From NCBI GenBank assembly GCA_030704615.1, contig CM060732.1, positions 58,962,001-59,026,000 on the forward strand: 64,000 nt of DNA, written 5' to 3'. The notes under the pieces are model-generated. The model was not told the origin of the DNA. It saw only the letters and a program-made list of their open reading frames with translations, and ran no database searches. Of the stretch, positions 52,144-64,000 are shown in pieces (position 1 is the stretch's first letter; each line of letters begins with the position of its first letter). This DNA is from Takakia lepidozioides (Eukaryota; Plantae; Bryophyta). The position numbers and the translations under genes were made by a program.

Positions 52144-55100
52144 TCACTGGTCCCCTGGATCCATATTCAGAAGAGTGTGAACCTCCTGGGGGCTCAACCC
52201 TGGTGCATGTATGAAGTGATGAGTTGTGGAATTAAAACGGAGTCTCTTTAGGTACACGTAGTACAAATGCTTGCAAGGGCAGTATGATGCATTCGCCATG
52301 ATCTGGAAGTCGGTGCAATTGCAGGTGGGTAATTCTGAAATGGTGATGGTGTACACCTCATTGCGAACAGCTGAGCCTGCCGTGGCCATCTGATACACAC
52401 GCCCGAATCCTGGTGGGGGCACTTCTGTCGAGCTCTTGATTGTATAGTTCATCCGAAGTGCATTCCCCATCCTTGTCTTGTTCACTTTTGAGGGAGGTCG
52501 CCGCCTCTTCGGTTTCCCCCAACGGTGTGTAGGATGCTTAGAGCTGTCGTGTCCCATTGTTCTTGCTCTCACAGGGGTCGGTGGTGGAGGCTGTGGAAGC
52601 GGAAATGGTTGTCTGGGGACGTCAGTGCGCTGCATTTCGTATGTAGACCCCATTCAAGGAAGGAGGGATTGTCCCCACAACTTCAATATCGCTACGAGGG
52701 GGACACTCGTCGACAGGTGCGAAATTTCCACCCATTTGAATCCGAGGGTCTGTTCTCATAGGGCGTCTTGGGGGTTCTAATAAAGTATTGATGAGTCCTT
52801 CAAGAGAATTGCAAACTGCTAAAGCTAGGCTGCCAGTCGCATCTCGCAGGGGCTCGGCCTCTTCTACCACCTGTAAACAAGCATTCCAAGAAGTCTTAGT
52901 ATTGAACTGGTCAAGAAGACCTGGAGCGAGACTTTAGTCTGAATGAATCAGGAAGGAAGTTGTAGCCATGCCCTCAAGTCTGTTTCCAAACCATCCGAAA
53001 TCCTGCGGCGGTAAGGGCGTCGGCCTCAACCTGACTCAGATCGCAGCCTGGTTCCACCGGCCACACCGGGGGAGCCTCTGGCATTGTTTGTATGCCGTAC
53101 TTGGGCTTTCCATACACGCAAGTCATAATGTCGTGCCTGCAGAACCAGAACTGGGTGGTTGTCGCCTCCGCAAACTTTGCATGGACAAATCTTCCTGTAA
53201 AAGTAGGAGCAGGGACAGCCCCATCTGGATTCCTCCTTATCATCTCTAAACAACGTTGCCGTGTATCCACACGAATTACGGAACACCTTCCTCGAAACGA
53301 CGGCTTTGTGCGAGCAATTCTCCACTGTGATGCAAACACAGTCGTCTCCACAATGGCTTGGCCATACTGCATAACAGCGGGCGGAATCTGGGGCAAGGGA
53401 GCGGTGGGAATTTCTCGCACGAAATCCCCGGTTGAAGGCGACGGCGATCTGGAATTTCTTGGGCTTCCACTGCTGGAAGACACATTGTGCGGCAACATGA
53501 CGGGACTCGAGGTGCTGTCCGAATGTTCCTGTCGGATCTCCAGGAATCCTCTTCGCACCCGGGTTCCTCTTCAATCCTCCGCCTCACAGGGCGAGTCCGG
53601 ACGTCCCCCTCTAGGTGTTCACCTCTGCGGTGCACAGGCGTCCCTTTGATCTTCTCTCGCAATGCTGTCGCCCATTTCAGTGGATTCTTGGACCTCGAAG
53701 CTGTTCGTACCAACAATTCCTCCATGTCCGGCCCAAAGCCCCATTGTTTGCCGCTCAAGAACTTGTAGTACGTGGCTTGCTGCATGATTGCTCTGTCGAT
53801 GTCCTCCGTTGTGGCCGTCACTACGTCCACCAGATGTGCGGCAGAAGACGCTCGCCAGGAGGAGTGGACCGATTCTGCCATATTCGTGTTCGGCATGTCC
53901 GTGTCGGAATCCAAGCACCGCTCCTAGAAGGACACAAACAATGGTGAGGGACCAATCGAAATGTCCGTAACAGAAAGACAAATGAACGAAAATGACAGCA
54001 GCCTACCTCCCGCATGTACTGTCCGAACTGTCGATACCAAAAATGCCACCACCCCAACCAGCTGTGCAATGCTCCCAGATTGGTTGTCTCCACTGCACCT
54101 GACGTGTTCCACCAAGCCTCGATGATAGCAAACTTAACCTCCGCGTCATCAAATGTGGGTGCATCCTTCCACGCCGTACAAAGGACACGGTGTTCAGCCT
54201 GGAATGAGCTAGCAACAAATTTGGAAGTGTAGTGAGATAGACTCTGCATCCAATGGAATCCACAGGATCTCTCTTTCCCCTCCATTGGAACATTGGGGTC
54301 CTCACCGTACACACGCCGCACCGCTGCCCAGTTGGCCTGAGCGTTGTCTGCCATGAATCCCCTGAAATTGGGCTCTGGCAATCCCGCCCTTGCCATCTGC
54401 TCGTTTATGCCCTCCCATAGATGCATCTCAGACTGTGTGTCCTCCCCTTTCATCTCACAGATTGCAATTGTCATGAGCCTCTTGGAGTGATAGTCATAAA
54501 CATGCGCACCCATAGTCACCCACTGATGGTTTGTAATTCGCTTGATGTGATCAAACATCACCCAAGCATTCGACAAGTTTCCAGTTGTCATGCGAGTGAC
54601 CAAGTCGACTCCACTCCCAGGCCCCACACGTCGACATTTTGAAAATGTAACAACGATCGGATTCGCTGCCTTGCCCTGGAAACCTGCTACCTTGGATGTA
54701 GTCATATCCAATCATTTGTTTCACCTCCAGGATTGAGTACATGTCCGACCCCCTGCCGAACTCCTGCTTGCAAGATACGATGTGATTCCGCACATTCGGA
54801 CTACAAACGTGCGAGACGGACTCCAAGAGGTCACGCATCTCGTCTTCGGTCAAGGGCTCTCGGTCGGAACCATCTTCAAACATGATTTTGCCAAGAGCAA
54901 TCTTGTGGGCTGCCTTCAGCTGAATCTGCTTTGGTCTAGCTCCGGGGCACAATTTCACCTCCTTTTTTATGATGTCGTGTGCTTCTTGCACAGCCTCACG
55001 CATGTTGCCTCTCGCCAAGGGGTGGCAGTGGACCCCAACGTGTATGCATGCTCTAGTCAAGTCCGGGAGCAAATGGATTACGTAATATTGCTTGGCTCTG

Positions 55101-55452
55101 CACATGGACATGCACGTTGGTGGTTCTTTGCAATGTGCACACTTGAAAGAACCCGCAGGAGCTTGGCTGGAGACAATGAATGGATGATGCGTTGTGCCAG
55201 TCCAATCCGTCTCGTTTCTCCGCCCTCCTTTGGAGAGAAAGTGGAAGCAGGTGAGATTGAGGCACCTCAGCTTCCCCGCACAGAGGACATATCGTACACG
55301 AACACCATCAGCAATTTTCGTGCTACTGGTCTTCGTCACACACAGGGGGTCCGTCATGCTTTCGATCCATGTCTGTTAAACATCCCGGAGGCTTTGTTTG
55401 ACGAAGAAACAGGTGGAAACTCGAAGATGACATTGCCATCGACTTCGGGAGG
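52144..55452 (-). pseudogene. Spliced MULE-type DDE transposase with a GCM/WRKY-like N-terminal Zn domain and a C-terminal SWIM finger
   Basis: CAGKLRC...C..CAHC...C...HVGVHCH; MFDHIK, FMADNAQA, CGFHW, TNMAESVH; CNCTDF...CKH; frameshifts; 5' end lost in the gap. Confidence 0.85.
52634..52833 (-). pseudogene. Captured carotenoid cleavage dioxygenase (NCED/CCD4-like) fragment
   Basis: NSLEGLINTLLEPP...DPRIQMGGNFAPVDECPP...GTIPPSLNGVYIRN. Confidence 0.85.
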
Positions 55453-55952
55453 NNNNNNNNNNNNNNNNNNNNNNNNNNNNNNNNNNNNNNNNNNNNNNNN
55501 NNNNNNNNNNNNNNNNNNNNNNNNNNNNNNNNNNNNNNNNNNNNNNNNNNNNNNNNNNNNNNNNNNNNNNNNNNNNNNNNNNNNNNNNNNNNNNNNNNNN
55601 NNNNNNNNNNNNNNNNNNNNNNNNNNNNNNNNNNNNNNNNNNNNNNNNNNNNNNNNNNNNNNNNNNNNNNNNNNNNNNNNNNNNNNNNNNNNNNNNNNNN
55701 NNNNNNNNNNNNNNNNNNNNNNNNNNNNNNNNNNNNNNNNNNNNNNNNNNNNNNNNNNNNNNNNNNNNNNNNNNNNNNNNNNNNNNNNNNNNNNNNNNNN
55801 NNNNNNNNNNNNNNNNNNNNNNNNNNNNNNNNNNNNNNNNNNNNNNNNNNNNNNNNNNNNNNNNNNNNNNNNNNNNNNNNNNNNNNNNNNNNNNNNNNNN
55901 NNNNNNNNNNNNNNNNNNNNNNNNNNNNNNNNNNNNNNNNNNNNNNNNNNNN
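55453..55952. other. Assembly gap (500 N)
   Basis: Run of N. Confidence 1.
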
Positions 55953-56557
55953 GGATTGCAGGGTCCGGGTCGAAACATGTAGGGCCTACACTTCCTGCCA
56001 GGAAGAATGTCCCGTTCTTTGCGAGGGCCGACTTCATGACGAGCCCGGTGAGGGACTACTCCCTTCCTAGTTATGCAGCTAAACTCGCAAATACAGCGAT
56101 TAAAAGAAGTGAGAATCCCAGTAAAGTAGAGCAGATTTTGGAGAGGGCTAGGGAGGACAGAAGGATAAGGAAAGAGTGGCAGCAGCTCAGACAGGTAGAC
56201 GGGTACGAAAGTACATATGTGATTCAGCGGATGAGAGCGACGCAGACAAGGAGGAAGACGACCCAACGGAGGTGAGATGGACAGTTCCGCAAGGGGAAGA
56301 TGGGATTTTCGAAAGCCTGGCCAACGAGCAGTCCGCTGGAGATGAGAAAGGCACTGAGGGGGTGGAGGCGGAGCAGGACAGTCTAGAACAGGATGAGGAT
56401 TCGGATGATTTTCAAGATTAATAGAATTTTAATGAAGTCTCTGTAAATGTAAATTCTCTTCCAGAGTATATAAAGGAAATTCTGCCAGACATTCGTGACC
56501 CTCTCCAGTGTGCATTCCAGCCACACAATCGCTCAAACCACGACGCTCCCAAAATCA

Positions 56558-57258
56558 GAAATGGGGCACCGCATTTCCAAAATTTTGGCAACTCTAAGAA
56601 CCTCTTTTGGAAATGCGGGCACCGCATTTCCAAAACAGGGGAGGGACTAAATTTTCCATTTCAATGTTGGCATAGTAAAAAGTAATCGGCCGATTGGAAA
56701 TGCGGTGCCGCATTTCCAAAATTTCCTTTGTCCACACGCCAGTTTTGGCCTCTCCCGCTCATTGCATGGATGCCACCACGCTTACAGAGGTCGAACAAGG
56801 AGGTCGAACAATGAGGTCGAGATGGCGGAATTGAAAATGCGGTGCCGCATTTCCATATTGGGGATGGTCGTTGTTCGAACTGCAGGCCCATCAGCAAAAA
56901 TTGGCACCGCATTCCATTGTAAAAAAAAAGTCGATGACGGACATGGAAATGCGGCGCTTTTCCAGAACGGACATCGCAATTTGTCCATTTGCAGACCCTC
57001 TCACGGAAATGCGGTAACGCATTCCATCGCGCTGGTCGGAAATGTCACACTTTTCGAAGTGTTGGACGGAAATGCGGCACCGCATTCCCTTGTCCAAAAA
57101 GAAGTTTCCATTGCCAAGCTGGAAATGCGTCGCCGCATTTGCAATGCCAACCTCGTTGTCTGTCCAATTTATAGACCCGTGTTGGTATTTCGTGTACCTG
57201 GACGGAAATGATGCACCGCATTTTCCTTGTCCCACATGGAAATGCGGTGCCGCATTTC
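56558..57258. repeat. Array of 11 palindromes GGAAATGCGGYRCCGCATTTCC with largely non-repetitive spacers
   Basis: Copies at ~56558, 56609, 56696, 56833, 56897, 56945, 57005, 57068, 57121, 57204 and 57238; more at ~51872 and 58372. Confidence 0.9.
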
Positions 57259-57485
57259 AATGTCCGACATGGCATTACTCTGGTATATTCTTGACACATG
57301 ACTCACATACCGGTTACTCTGCTATATTCATCCGGACAGACACATTGTAGAAATGAGACATCAAATTGTAAACAGTGGGCCAATTCCGACAGTTATTCAA
57401 CAAAATGAAACACAATCATACAGAAGTGAGGTACGATGGGTTTATTGATCGGACACGATGTCTCATTTACCAACTGCAGACAAAA

Positions 57486-58090
57486 CTAAGCCCTTCCTCC
57501 TTCTACATGGGCTTCACCAAGTCGACGGAACTTTGATACCCTCAAAACAAGCTCATCACTGCTGCGGCACCTCGAGGTAAACTGCAATTCGGTCGTTCTG
57601 CTGCCCTTGCTGGAGCCGACGACAATGTCATGTCCATCAATGATACCACCATCATACATTGACAAGGTCACTGTGGGCCTCATGTGCCCGTGCGATTCGT
57701 CTTCGCAACTCAGCCGAATGTCTCCATACACTGGAAGAGCGGAGTGATCTGAACGTATATAGTTTTCCCCGGTGCCGTCCTCCTGGTCCACTGGCAGCAG
57801 TTCCAGCGCCAAAGCGAGGCCGTGCGTGATCTGTCCGCCATCCCATTCCAGCTTGGTATATCGAGGTCAACAATTTTCAGGACCCACGGACCGCATTGAC
57901 CCTCGCCCTCACCTCGCTCAAAGCGGTAATAGCCCTCCAGATACTCCATTGCGCGCAAAGACTCTTGCTTGATTCCAGCAGCGTCTGTGAAAACAGAGAG
58001 CCAGACAATGATGTCTCCTGATTCTGGTTTGAACATAGCATAATCGTGGCCATGATAAGGGCAGTCGGCTGGATTTCGGCGGCACGGCAT
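57486..58090 (-). CDS. Unknown ~200-aa protein, paralog A (one frameshift near 57770)
   Basis: MPCRRNPADCPYHGHDYAMFKPESGDIIVW...RWNCCQWT...YGDIRL...DIVV...ELVLR; full-length homology to paralog B. Confidence 0.65.
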
Positions 58091-58621
58091 CCTTGAAAAA
58101 GAGTAGCGGAGTACGCTCAATGACAGCAGCTCCCGGATGGAGGAGGAGCAGCGCGGGTGGCTGGAAAAAGTTCAAGCTAACGCTGCAATTCTCACAAACA
58201 CTCCAGGGCACATTTAAATTTCCCCCCTACAGGATCCTGGACCGATGAAGATTGGCTGCTTCATGAATGTAGCCGTTTCAGTTTCCTACCCTGCCATGCA
58301 AACTATGGGCACTCACTGCCAGGTGGGCCGATAGCCACTGGACACGACGAAGTCCATCAGCTCTTCGATGTAAATGCGGCGCCGAATTTCCATCCAGGGG
58401 GATGGACTTCGGTGGCAGATCTCAAACTATAACTTCTTGATGAGAAAGATGTATGGGTTTATCCACCTCCGTCGGTGGGTACGTGGGACCCAGATGCTCC
58501 ATTATTGGAGGCCGGACTGCTCTTCCGCTTCGCATCATTTCCAAAATCTAAGGGCTTCGTAGCTGTCCGCAAGGTCATTGTCATCTGCATCCAAGTCGTC
58601 CTCAGGTCCTCCTTTGCAAGG

Positions 58622-59181
58622 ATGCCGTGCTTCCGGAACCGGGACGACTGCCCATTTGGAGGCATCGATTATGCAATGTATTCGGCCACATCGGGAGACA
58701 TTGTTATCTGGTACACAGATTACACAGAAGATACTGGTTCGATTGTGGAAACATTGGTGGTTTTTGAGTATATCGTAGGCCACTACGCCTTCGAGCGGGG
58801 TGACGATCTTGGTCTGAGGAGTCCGTGGCTCCTGCGCATCCTCGATTCCGATTTTCCCAGCTACGACGGTCACCCATGCAGAAGAAGGCGCACTGCTATG
58901 CTGTTGCGGTGGAACTGCTGCCACTGGACGTGGGTGGACTCCATCGGAGAGACCTATTCTCCTGAAGGAGTGCGCTCCTCTTCTCCATTGTATGGGGACA
59001 TTCGCATTGGGTGGACGACGAAAACGTGAAGATTTCCATATTCGATGGTATGATTGAAGAGCAGGACATTGTGGTGAACATCACTAGGGGCGGTACAACG
59101 GCTGCAATCGACTTTACATGGAGGAGCCCCATGACTCATGAGCTAGTTCTGAGAGCAGTCGAAGTCCCATTGATAACGTGA
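58622..59181 (+). CDS. Unknown ~185-aa protein, paralog B (one frameshift near 59015)
   Basis: MPCFRNRDDCPFGGIDYAMYSATSGDIVIW...RWNCCHWT...YGDIRI...DIVV...ELVLR. Confidence 0.65.
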
Positions 59182-59645
59182 CTTGTATTCAGTAGGTACA
59201 GGGCTAAAGATTTGATGGCACAATCAGCACAGTAGACGTGCTTCAAATGCAATTCATGTGGATCAATAAAAACCTCATTGTGCCCTCTTTTTATTCTATT
59301 CTGTGTCCATCGTTCCCAGAATGCGTCATTGCTCATTTCGTTTGGGATTGGGAGTGTGGTGGATTTTGCAAGTGGCTGGTAGGCTGAAATGGGCCCCCAT
59401 TGTACAGAGCAGTACCACCCTACCATTCGCGAAACATTGCCTTTCAATATATAATTCTAAATAACATTGCCGAACCTCCTTCATCGGGAGGTCCTTCTCC
59501 CCCTATGACCGTGGCACCCTAAACCCTATTCCCGCGGACACTCATTTCCGGAAAATAGTGCTGCTCATGTTTTTTTCCACACTTACGACTCTGCTCATGG
59601 CTCATGCCGCTCATGGCTCATGGCTCATGAAATAGCAGCCCCCGT

Positions 59646-62041
59646 CAGTAACAACTACACCTGTGCTGATTAACCCTCACTGGCATGTAGTATTTCATGT
59701 TCACTGTGATGCCTCAGGAGAAGCATTGGGAGCGGTGTTAGCCCAGAATGTTACAGGAAATATAGATTCACCTGTGTACTATGCTAGTAGGTTGATGAAC
59801 AGTGCTTAAAGGAACTATAGCACAACTAAAAGAGAAGCACTGGCAATGATTTATGCAGTCAAGAAATTCAGGCATTACCTATTAGGAAGAAAGTTTATGT
59901 TTTATGTGGATCACCAGGCTCTGATATATCTGGTGAAACAACCTTTGATAAGTGGAAGGATAGCGAGGTGGTTAATAATCTTGCATGAGTTTGAGTTCGA
60001 AGTTGTTTACAAGCCTGGCCGTTTGCATCTTGTGGCAGATCATTTGTCACGACTAACAACAGGAGAGGCCGCCACAGGAGTAGACGATCAGTTACCTGAT
60101 GCGAGTTTATTTGTAATGGAGGTGCAAGGAAGTACAGATGAATGGTTAGATTGGCAGTGGCCAATCAGATACTACCTTACTCATGGTCAGTGCCCACCTA
60201 GTTATGGTAAGGAGCAGAGGAAGAGAATCGCTATCAAGGCTTTACCTTATACTATGGTAGGAAGCAGAATGTATAAGCTAGGACCTGATGGAGTACTTAA
60301 ACGATGCTTGTACCACCATGAAGTAAATAAAGTTTTGGAGGAAGTTCATAAAGGAGTGGCTGGAGGTCATTTTGGAGAAGAGACTACCAGTAGGAAGATA
60401 CTACTTGCAGGTTACTGGTGGCCTACTTTGTTCAAAGATGTACACAAGTATTGTCAGAGTTGTGATGAATGTCAGAGGCTAGGACCTTTGCAAAGATCTG
60501 GGAAGATGGCTTTGCATCCTACAATGCCTACTGAACCATTCAGAAATGGGGACTAGACTTTATTGGACCAATTAACCCACTAGCCAAGAATACACAGAAC
60601 AGGTACATAATTACAGCCACTGATTATACTACGAAGTGGGTGGAAGCTAAAGCTTTGAGGGACAACACAGCCAAGTCCACAGCAAGGTTCCTGTATAGAA
60701 CATACTTACACGATTTGGCTGTCCCTTGGAATTTATCAGTGATCAGGGAAGTCACTTCATTAATGAGACCATTGAACTATTGACAAAAGAGTTCATGATT
60801 GTGCATAGGAAGAGTACAACATATTACCCACAGGGTAATGGGCAGGCAGAGGCTACCAACAAAATACTATGTACTATCTTGGCTAAGATAGTCAATGCAA
60901 ACAAAACGGATTGGGATACAAGCTGCTGACAGCTTTGTGGTCATATAGGACTTCATATAAAGTCACCACTAAGTATACACCATTCCAATTAGTTTATGGT
61001 ATGGAAGCTTTACTTCCAGTGGAATTCCTGTTACCTACCATGAGAACGGAATGGGGAAAGAGAATGGAATTGCAAGATTCAATTAAGGTCAGGAAACATG
61101 AATTATACCATGTGGAAGAAGTACGTGCTGATGCAGTTGATAACATGACCAGAATTCAGATGAAGAGAAAGGAACAGTTTGATGAAGGCAAGTTAAAGAC
61201 TTTTAAGATGGGAGATTTGGTTCTCTGGTTGCAGAAGAAGGGAAAGATTAAAGCTTCTAAGCTTAAATCACCATGGAAAGGACCTTATGTCATACAGAAG
61301 ATGTATGATAACAACACCGCCATGTTACAAACCATTAACAAAGAGATGTTGGGAAGAGTCAATGCCAATAAGTTGAAGGGGTACAGTGGTATCCATGATA
61401 AACCATTGCAACATGATTTGCATGTTGAAACGCAGAAGCAGTCACGGGCTGCGCCAGTGATACCAACGGAGTATGGAGCACTTGTCGCTAGGATGAGCGT
61501 ATATGACCAGGGCGGGCAGTACAAGCGCGACACAGCCTATCACAGCCCATCACAGTGTGGCACAACCCATCACAGCCCATCACAGCATGACACAGCCTAT
61601 CACAACCTACCACAGCGTGTCACAGCCTATCACAGCTTACCACAGTGCCACACAGCCTATCAGAGCGTACCACAGCCTACCAGGGTTACACAGTCCATAG
61701 GATCCGTGACAGGTGGACGTGGGTTAACATCCAGACAGTGGCCGGCGGAAAAATGGACGGAGGCACGTTTAGAAATGGACACGTGGATGCCAGAGCGAGA
61801 CACACAGCCGGACATGGATTGCAAGAGTAAGTGTCATCAAGAAAGAAGACAAAATTGGCCGTCAAAGTACCTACCCGGCACATTAACTTATTATGGGCCC
61901 ATTAATGCATACAGGGAAAGGGTAACGGAACCCTTTAAAAGTACCGAAAAGCGAAATCCATATCACATGTGCTATCCTAGTGGACAGTCCAGAGTGGAAA
62001 ATCCATGGAAGGAAATTAAATCTAAAATCCAGTCACAGTAG
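59646..62041 (+). pseudogene. Ty3/gypsy pol 3' half: RNase H and integrase (probably family X)
   Basis: HVHCDASG; YVDHQAL; H...GGHFG...YWWP...CDEC; ISDQGSHF; YPQGNGQAE; WKGPY; CACAGC array at 61530-61695. Confidence 0.9.
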
Positions 62042-62167
62042 TTACAGCCAATCATAAGCCAGAAGCAGGATCAAGAAATTGGAGGGATTTTAAGCGCAAG
62101 AGTCGGTGTCGTTCCAAGTAACGGGCGTCTCGACCAGTCAGACCATCAATGCTATAGCTTTGAAGCT

Positions 62168-64000
62168 ATGGAGGAACTAACAGACTATACGCTCGCGATA
62201 CTACTTACGCAGTGGCACGGGGATAGAAGAACAGAGAGTATATTTTCTCTTAATCGATGCTTGCAAGCCCCGCAGGCTTACAAGAAATTACCCATAGCAT
62301 TTTGTGGCAACCATACGTTTATGCTTTGTGCCCTACAGGAATTTCTTCAATTGTTACAGCCAAAACCTTTCTGTGGGTCTAGAATGAAGAGAGTGAGAGG
62401 AATGGAAGAAATCAGGGTGAAGAGCACCACAATCCTGCAGAAACAAATGATTGCTACGCCACAGGCGATACAGTTACTGAAGGAGCTACGATTAGAAGGA
62501 TTGCAAAGCAAAGATTGGACATTGCACCATAGGCAATACATGTTACAATTCTTGCAGAACTTTGAGCCTAGGACAGGAGCAACAACGGTAACGGGAGTTG
62601 AATTAGAAGTTACTCCCCTATACCTACAGCAATTGTTTGAATTGTCATCAGGTCAGGTGCATGTGGAGGAGCACAGGGCAAGACTGCAAATAGGGGACTT
62701 ATTCCAAGAAGGGAGTTTCTTTAAAACTCAGGGTTATGTTTGTACCAAGGCCGTGTACCCAGGTCTAAGGGAGGTAGGCCAGGTATTAAACGTTCTGTTT
62801 GCCATGAAACAGAACCAACAGTATTTGAGCAGATCCTTCACAGAGGAAATACTCAAAGCCCTGAGAAGAGAAGAGGTCGCTTGGGCGGACATAATGTACA
62901 ACGGACTGGTAGAGGAGATGAAGAGATTACAAGGCACTGCCGCAAAGTCTCCTATCATAGTGTCTGGGCCAATCATTGCACAAATTATTCTAGACTCGTG
63001 CATACTTGATGCGAGAGAAAGGAAGGAGATGGGAGTGTTTGAGACAGCAACCACTGCCATAGAAGAGCAAGGTTCTTCACAGGGTGAAGGGGGATTGGCA
63101 GAGCATCAACAACCTAAGAGGCAGAGGAAAGCAATCACATTAGAAGCAGAACCATTGGCTAGGAGACAACCAGAGGAAGAAGTTACTCATACTCTTGTGC
63201 AAGAGGGGGCATAGCAGCACAGAGAGATGTGGGTACAAACAACGCAACCTGTGGAGAGAGAACAGGAGGTTACTTCAGTATCATAGCCATCACAGCCAGA
63301 TGATCGGCTTGTCAGAGAGTTACCACAAATTGTCCATGCAGTTTCACCACAAATAATTGATTTGGAGAAAGAAGGGTTAGATATCCCCACTACAGAACAG
63401 GTGGTGGCAGAAATTGAGAAGGGGGACCTTCTCTATGAAAATTCTGGTTTGGTCAGGGAAACAGTGACTCCGGAGGTGCAGCGGTTGTCCAGGGGAAACC
63501 CTACTGTTGTTGTAATACCCACACCTCTGACGGAGGTACCACAGGTAGAATGTCAAGACACTGCAGCACCTGTAGCGGATGAGGTGGTTCAGGAAGAAAA
63601 TCTGGTGTGCCAATGGCCTGAATGGTTCGTGAGGCATCACACTGTTGAGGATCAGGGAGAACAACAGCAAGCTCACCATGATGACCCTCAACAGACCATG
63701 CTTATGAGTTCCATAACCAGGACACTTAATTTGTTGGGCACTTATGTCAAATCCCATGTTCCAACTACCCAATTGGCAGCTTTGAGGGAGGAACTCAGGA
63801 AGGAGTTTGAAGCTTGACTTGCCACTGAGTGTGCAAACAAGGTTGATGAGGAGGTCACTCTCAAGATACAGCAAGACTTAGAGAGTACAGAAGCTGCTTT
63901 GCAATTGGCCAAGGAACAATTGATTGAGGCAGGCCTCGCGCAAGACCAGTTGCACGAAGCACATAAGCAACAGCTATACCAAATGCAGGTGAAGCATGAA
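62168..64000 (+). pseudogene. Extra 3' ORF of the retroelement (plant transposon accessory-protein-like region, then coiled-coil); contains stops and runs off the window
   Basis: QFLQNF...VTGVELEVTPLYLQQLFEL...EVAWADIMYNGLVEEM; same strand as pol. Confidence 0.65.

Larger units (their letters stand above)
51301..59645. mobile_element. Mutator-like DNA transposon (left and right arms separated by a gap; they may come from two copies)
   Basis: TIR core CTATTTCATGAGC at 51311 and its complement ending at 59635, CATGAGC subterminal repeats, and a shared palindrome on both arms; no TSD match. Confidence 0.75.

Noticed and set aside
54782-56275. Long ORFs spanning the gap
   Set aside because: Artefacts of translating N.
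56558-57258. CRISPR-like repeat-spacer array
   Set aside because: Spacer lengths are very uneven, the repeats are degenerate, there are no cas genes and the context is a eukaryotic transposon.
59136-59447. 103-aa minus-strand ORF with CxxC near the TIR
   Set aside because: No recognisable homology, no ATG start in the ORF call, and it overlaps the end of paralog B.
51301-59645. Proof that both MULE arms are one insertion
   Set aside because: No TSD, the flanks are non-contiguous retroelement parts in opposite orientation, and there is a gap between the arms.

Overview
Eukaryotic, repeat-dense window, most likely from a non-seed land plant (inferred from spliced plant genes, PLS/DYW-type PPR remnants and a PHD-integrase gypsy element), with one 500-N scaffold gap at 55453-55952. 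Only one clearly intact host gene is present: a 3-exon, 300-aa conserved plant multi-pass membrane protein at 7698-9366 (minus). The rest is nested transposons and pseudogenes: a PHD-integrase Ty3/gypsy 3' end, an L1 ORF1, a Crypton/DUF3504-like tyrosine-recombinase remnant, a possible Helitron, a scrambled PPR-DYW pseudogene, two CACTA/EnSpm-type transposase remnants, a solo LTR and a related 3' LTR, isolated exons of CLPTM1, fibrillin and an M18 aminopeptidase, SPH fragments, and Mutator-like elements. The top candidates for novelty are: (1) a multi-copy gag-pol-integrase Ty3/gypsy-type family ('family X') whose two ends appear to be ~135-bp terminal INVERTED repeats (TGTTAGAGGG...) rather than direct LTRs, with an extra ORF before gag; (2) a Mutator-like TIR family carrying unusual cargo, namely an N4/N6 DNA-methyltransferase-like spliced gene in one copy, and two head-to-head paralogous unknown genes beside an array of 11 palindromes in another; (3) a Crypton-like remnant in a plant; (4) a precise 200-bp carotenoid-dioxygenase insertion inside the transposase gene. 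All family assignments come from motif recognition by eye; no searches were run.
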